Shown: positions 61,947 to 64,000 of the stretch, one piece after another
How positions within the stretch are numbered: position 1 is the first letter of the stretch
Layout: each line of letters opens with the position of its first letter
Assembly (NCBI GenBank): GCA_964537725.1
Contig: CAZICD010000004.1
Span: forward strand, 23,903-87,902
Reading direction: 5' to 3'
From: an uncultured Spirochaetaceae bacterium
GTDB lineage: Bacteria; Spirochaetota; Spirochaetia; DSM-27196; SLST01
Length of the DNA: 64,000 nucleotides
Notes under the pieces: generated by a model
Databases searched by the model: none
Seen by the model: the letters and a program-made list of their open reading frames with translations, nothing else
What the model was told of the DNA's origin: nothing
Made by a program: the position numbers and the translations under genes

Positions 61947-63062
61947 TCAGTACAGGATGGCAGCCGGGGACTCGATCTCGTCCTCCACGACGACGATCTC
62001 GGTGTCGGTTGCGAGCGCGCGGGCCACGGCCGTATCCACGAGATTCTCGGTCATGTGCTTCGGGTCGGTGTCGACGTGCACCCCCCCGGTCGTCGCGTCG
62101 AAGGTCCCCCGGATCTCGCGATTCGGGTTGACCAGAAGCGTCGCCGCCCGCCCCTGCAGGAGCGCCTCGAGCACGCCGTACACGTCGACGGCCCGGTTGT
62201 CGGCCGCGTGGAACCGGTCGATCGCGTCGCGCCGCCGCTGTTCGTAGCGCGGGGCCATGCACTCCCAGCCCAGCGCGATCACGTCGTCGATCGACAGAGC
62301 GTGCGGGTCGACGAACCGGTGCTCCGCCGCCGTATCGTCGTAGTCGTTCTCCTTGAGATAGAGGCCGACCGCGTCCTCCAGACCGATGACCACGAGCGGC
62401 ATTCGCTCGCGCCGCAGCCAGTCGGTGACCACCGGACGGACCGCGTCGACGAACCGCTTCACGAACGCGTCGTGTTCGTCCTTCCCGGCCCCGTGGCCGT
62501 GGTGCATGGAGTCGCCGCGGGCCGACGTCGTGTGCACGTGACCGGACTTTTCGAACTGGTCGTAGCGCAGCACGTAGCACAGATCCTCCGGCAGTCCGGC
62601 GAGCTCGACGAGCTCGGCGGTGAAGCGCGACGCACGGTAGAGCCCAACTCCCCCGAGCGAGAGCGCGAGAATCGCGTAATCACCGTTCTCCACAGCGGGT
62701 TCCACGAGCTGCGTGATCGCGTAGCGGGAACCTACCTCCACCTGCTCGTTCAGCTGGAACGGCACGGTGATCGTCTCGTACCCGGAGTCGTCGGCAAAGA
62801 CACTGGTACCGTCGAGCTGCCGCTCCATCTCCGCGTCGTTATGCGCGAGTTCGGTGACCGGCTGCAGGAGGGCCTGCGCGTCACGCTCGGCCATCCCCAG
62901 GTCGACGAGCCGCTCAACCGCGGCCGATACCCCGTTCGTGAGGTGGATCCGGTTCTGTCGTACCTGGGATCCGGCACGAACCATGGGCGTGTGTATGGTG
63001 ACGCGGGGGAACCCGGTCGGTTCAGAGAGTCGCGTAAGCAATGCTGGTCCAAGTTCTGGCAT
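61947..63062 (-). CDS. Bacterial archaeo-eukaryotic release factor (baeRF, eRF1-like) family protein
   Basis: The pattern matches my recollection of a widespread baeRF family. It includes FPRVTIHTPMVRAGSQVRQNRIHLTN, DYAILALSLGGVGLYRAS, HHGHGAGKDEHDAFVKRFVDAV, PLVVIGLEDAVGLY, LLQGRAATLLV and a C-terminal PAAILY. ATG at 63062 after GGAGGA. The upstream part of track ORF 61947..63947 is antisense to the sulfatase gene. Confidence 0.65.
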   Translation of the reverse strand: MPELGPALLTRLSEPTGFPRVTIHTPMVRAGSQVRQNRIHLTNGVSAAVERLVDLGMAERDAQALLQPVTELAHNDAEMERQLDGTSVFADDSGYETITVPFQLNEQVEVGSRYAITQLVEPAVENGDYAILALSLGGVGLYRASRFTAELVELAGLPEDLCYVLRYDQFEKSGHVHTTSARGDSMHHGHGAGKDEHDAFVKRFVDAVRPVVTDWLRRERMPLVVIGLEDAVGLYLKENDYDDTAAEHRFVDPHALSIDDVIALGWECMAPRYEQRRRDAIDRFHAADNRAVDVYGVLEALLQGRAATLLVNPNREIRGTFDATTGGVHVDTDPKHMTENLVDTAVARALATDTEIVVVEDEIESPAAILY

Positions 63063-63132
63063 AGGTCCTCCACAAGAGAGAATGCAAGGCCTGTGCCAGC
63101 GGCCGCTCTGAGTAAAGCTTACCCGTGCCCGT

Positions 63133-63161
63133 TTGTGGCTTCCGCCCCGGCCACGTATACT
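63133..63161 (+). promoter_or_regulatory. Candidate promoter TTGTGG - 17 nt - TATACT placed 6 nt before the sulfatase ATG (leaderless transcript candidate)
   Basis: Hexamers at 63133..63138 and 63156..63161, with the ATG at 63168. No Shine-Dalgarno sequence in between. Confidence 0.35.
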
Positions 63162-63167
63162 CGACGC

Positions 63168-64000
63168 ATGAAGCCGAACATCGTCTATCTCCACTCGCAC
63201 GACGCAGGCAGGTTCATCGAACCGTACGGATTTCCAGTCGAGACGCCGGCGCTCATGCGCCTCGCGAAGGAGGGGGTTCTCTTCAGGAAGGCGTTCGCGG
63301 CGGCGCCCACGTGCACGCCGAGCCGGTCGGCGCTCCTGTCGGGACAGTACCCCCACCAGTGCGGGATGTTCGGGCTCACCGGTCAGGGGTGGCGGTTCCA
63401 CGACTACGCGCACCACCTCGTTCGGGTACTCGGTGAAGAGGGCTATCACACCGCGCTCGCCGGGTGCCAGCACGAGGCGGGCCACGACGACCTCTCGCCG
63501 CTCGGCTACCAGGAGATTCTCGACCCCGAGGATGGGGGAGAGTTCCATCAGGAATCGCTGACCCGGGCGGAGGAGTTCATCGCGCGGCAGGCTGCCGAGA
63601 GCGCCGGGAACACCGGGAGCGCCGGCGGAGACACCGCTGCAAGCGGACCGTTCTTCCTCTCGGTCGGGATCGACGAACCGCACCGCAACAACATAGCCCG
63701 CCCGGAGCTGGGCATCGGCAGGGAATCGGCACGCTTCAGCAAGACCCGCTACTACGACCCGCAGAAACTCGACGCGCGCTACACCGCGCCGCTTGCGAAT
63801 CTCCCGGACCTGCCCGAGATCCGCCGCGACGTGGAGAGCCTGCGCGAGGGCGTGCGGATCATGGACGAGTACATGGGACGGATCATCGGCGCGATCGATC
63901 AGCACGGGCTGGGCGACACCACGCTCGTGATCGCGACGACGGATCACGGCATCGAATTCGCCGGCGGCAAGAAGACGCTGGGCGATCTGGGCACCGGCGT
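63168..64000 (+). CDS. Sulfatase (Cys-type), 3'-truncated by the window end
   Basis: MKPNIVYLHSHDAG and CTPSRSALLSGQYPHQCG (FGly motif), later TTDHG. Not in the ORF track because no stop is reached. No signal peptide. Confidence 0.85.
   Translation, partial: MKPNIVYLHSHDAGRFIEPYGFPVETPALMRLAKEGVLFRKAFAAAPTCTPSRSALLSGQYPHQCGMFGLTGQGWRFHDYAHHLVRVLGEEGYHTALAGCQHEAGHDDLSPLGYQEILDPEDGGEFHQESLTRAEEFIARQAAESAGNTGSAGGDTAASGPFFLSVGIDEPHRNNIARPELGIGRESARFSKTRYYDPQKLDARYTAPLANLPDLPEIRRDVESLREGVRIMDEYMGRIIGAIDQHGLGDTTLVIATTDHGIEFAGGKKTLGDLGTG

Noticed and set aside
61022-62131. 369-aa plus-strand ORF, extremely Arg/Glu/Asp/Gly-rich
   Set aside because: It is antisense to the EamA transporter gene. Its composition is the mirror image of Ala/Gly/Leu-rich TM helices, with no independent support.
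63063-63947. N-terminal 295 codons of track ORF 61947..63947
   Set aside because: This part is antisense to a plus-strand sulfatase gene with a CTPSR motif. The baeRF-like homology, RBS and ATG begin at 63062.
1-64000. Search for mobile elements, prophage, tRNA/rRNA genes or a defence island with known hallmark genes
   Set aside because: I found no integrase, transposase, terminal inverted repeats, cloverleaf-like tRNA sequence or known restriction/CRISPR/abortive-infection hallmark motifs. Composition looks uniform apart from short AT-rich promoter regions.

Overview
This is a high-GC (about two-thirds G+C by eye), densely coding bacterial chromosomal segment with about 58 protein genes. 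I saw no rRNA, tRNA, CRISPR array, transposase or integrase. Signal peptides and lipoboxes point to a diderm organism, and the gene content points to an anaerobic, saccharolytic lifestyle; taxon cannot be assigned from sequence alone.

Main blocks:
1. 88-8902: housekeeping and regulatory genes, including rlmN and a tandem pair of cNMP-binding GGDEF proteins.
2. 8967-14510: a HydC-HydB-HydA type [FeFe]-hydrogenase operon with a near-consensus promoter. HydB carries an extra GltD/NfnB-like NADPH-FAD module. HydA has a non-canonical H-cluster motif, TSCSPGW.
3. 19787-29969: a beta-glucan utilisation locus. It holds a GH16 lipoprotein, a cytoplasmic clan GH-A-like enzyme, an LplBCA-type ABC importer and a YesM/YesN-type two-component system.
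4. 29959-37042: a NatAB-like ABC exporter and a second sugar ABC importer.
5. 37117-39157: a small gene-decay zone with an eroded diguanylate cyclase and a frameshifted EEP nuclease.
6. 43617-46063 and 52817-56637: pentonate/rhamnose-related genes (a KdaD-like/KGSADH pair; rhaS-like, rhaA, rhaM, fucU) with rph translationally coupled to fucU.
7. 50035-52795: an uncharacterised CPBP protease, HxxxD acyltransferase and zinc-ribbon membrane protein trio.
8. 58693-63062: a tightly packed four-gene operon flanked by two Cys-type sulfatase genes. It encodes an eRF1-like baeRF protein, a DMT transporter, a catalytically dead secreted alpha/beta hydrolase and a MinD/ParA ATPase with a large unknown C-terminal domain.

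The best candidates for undescribed biology are the hydrogenase variants and the baeRF/MinD-like operon. All family calls come from motif recognition by eye, with no database search. Many long ORFs in the supplied track are high-GC antisense shadows and were rejected.
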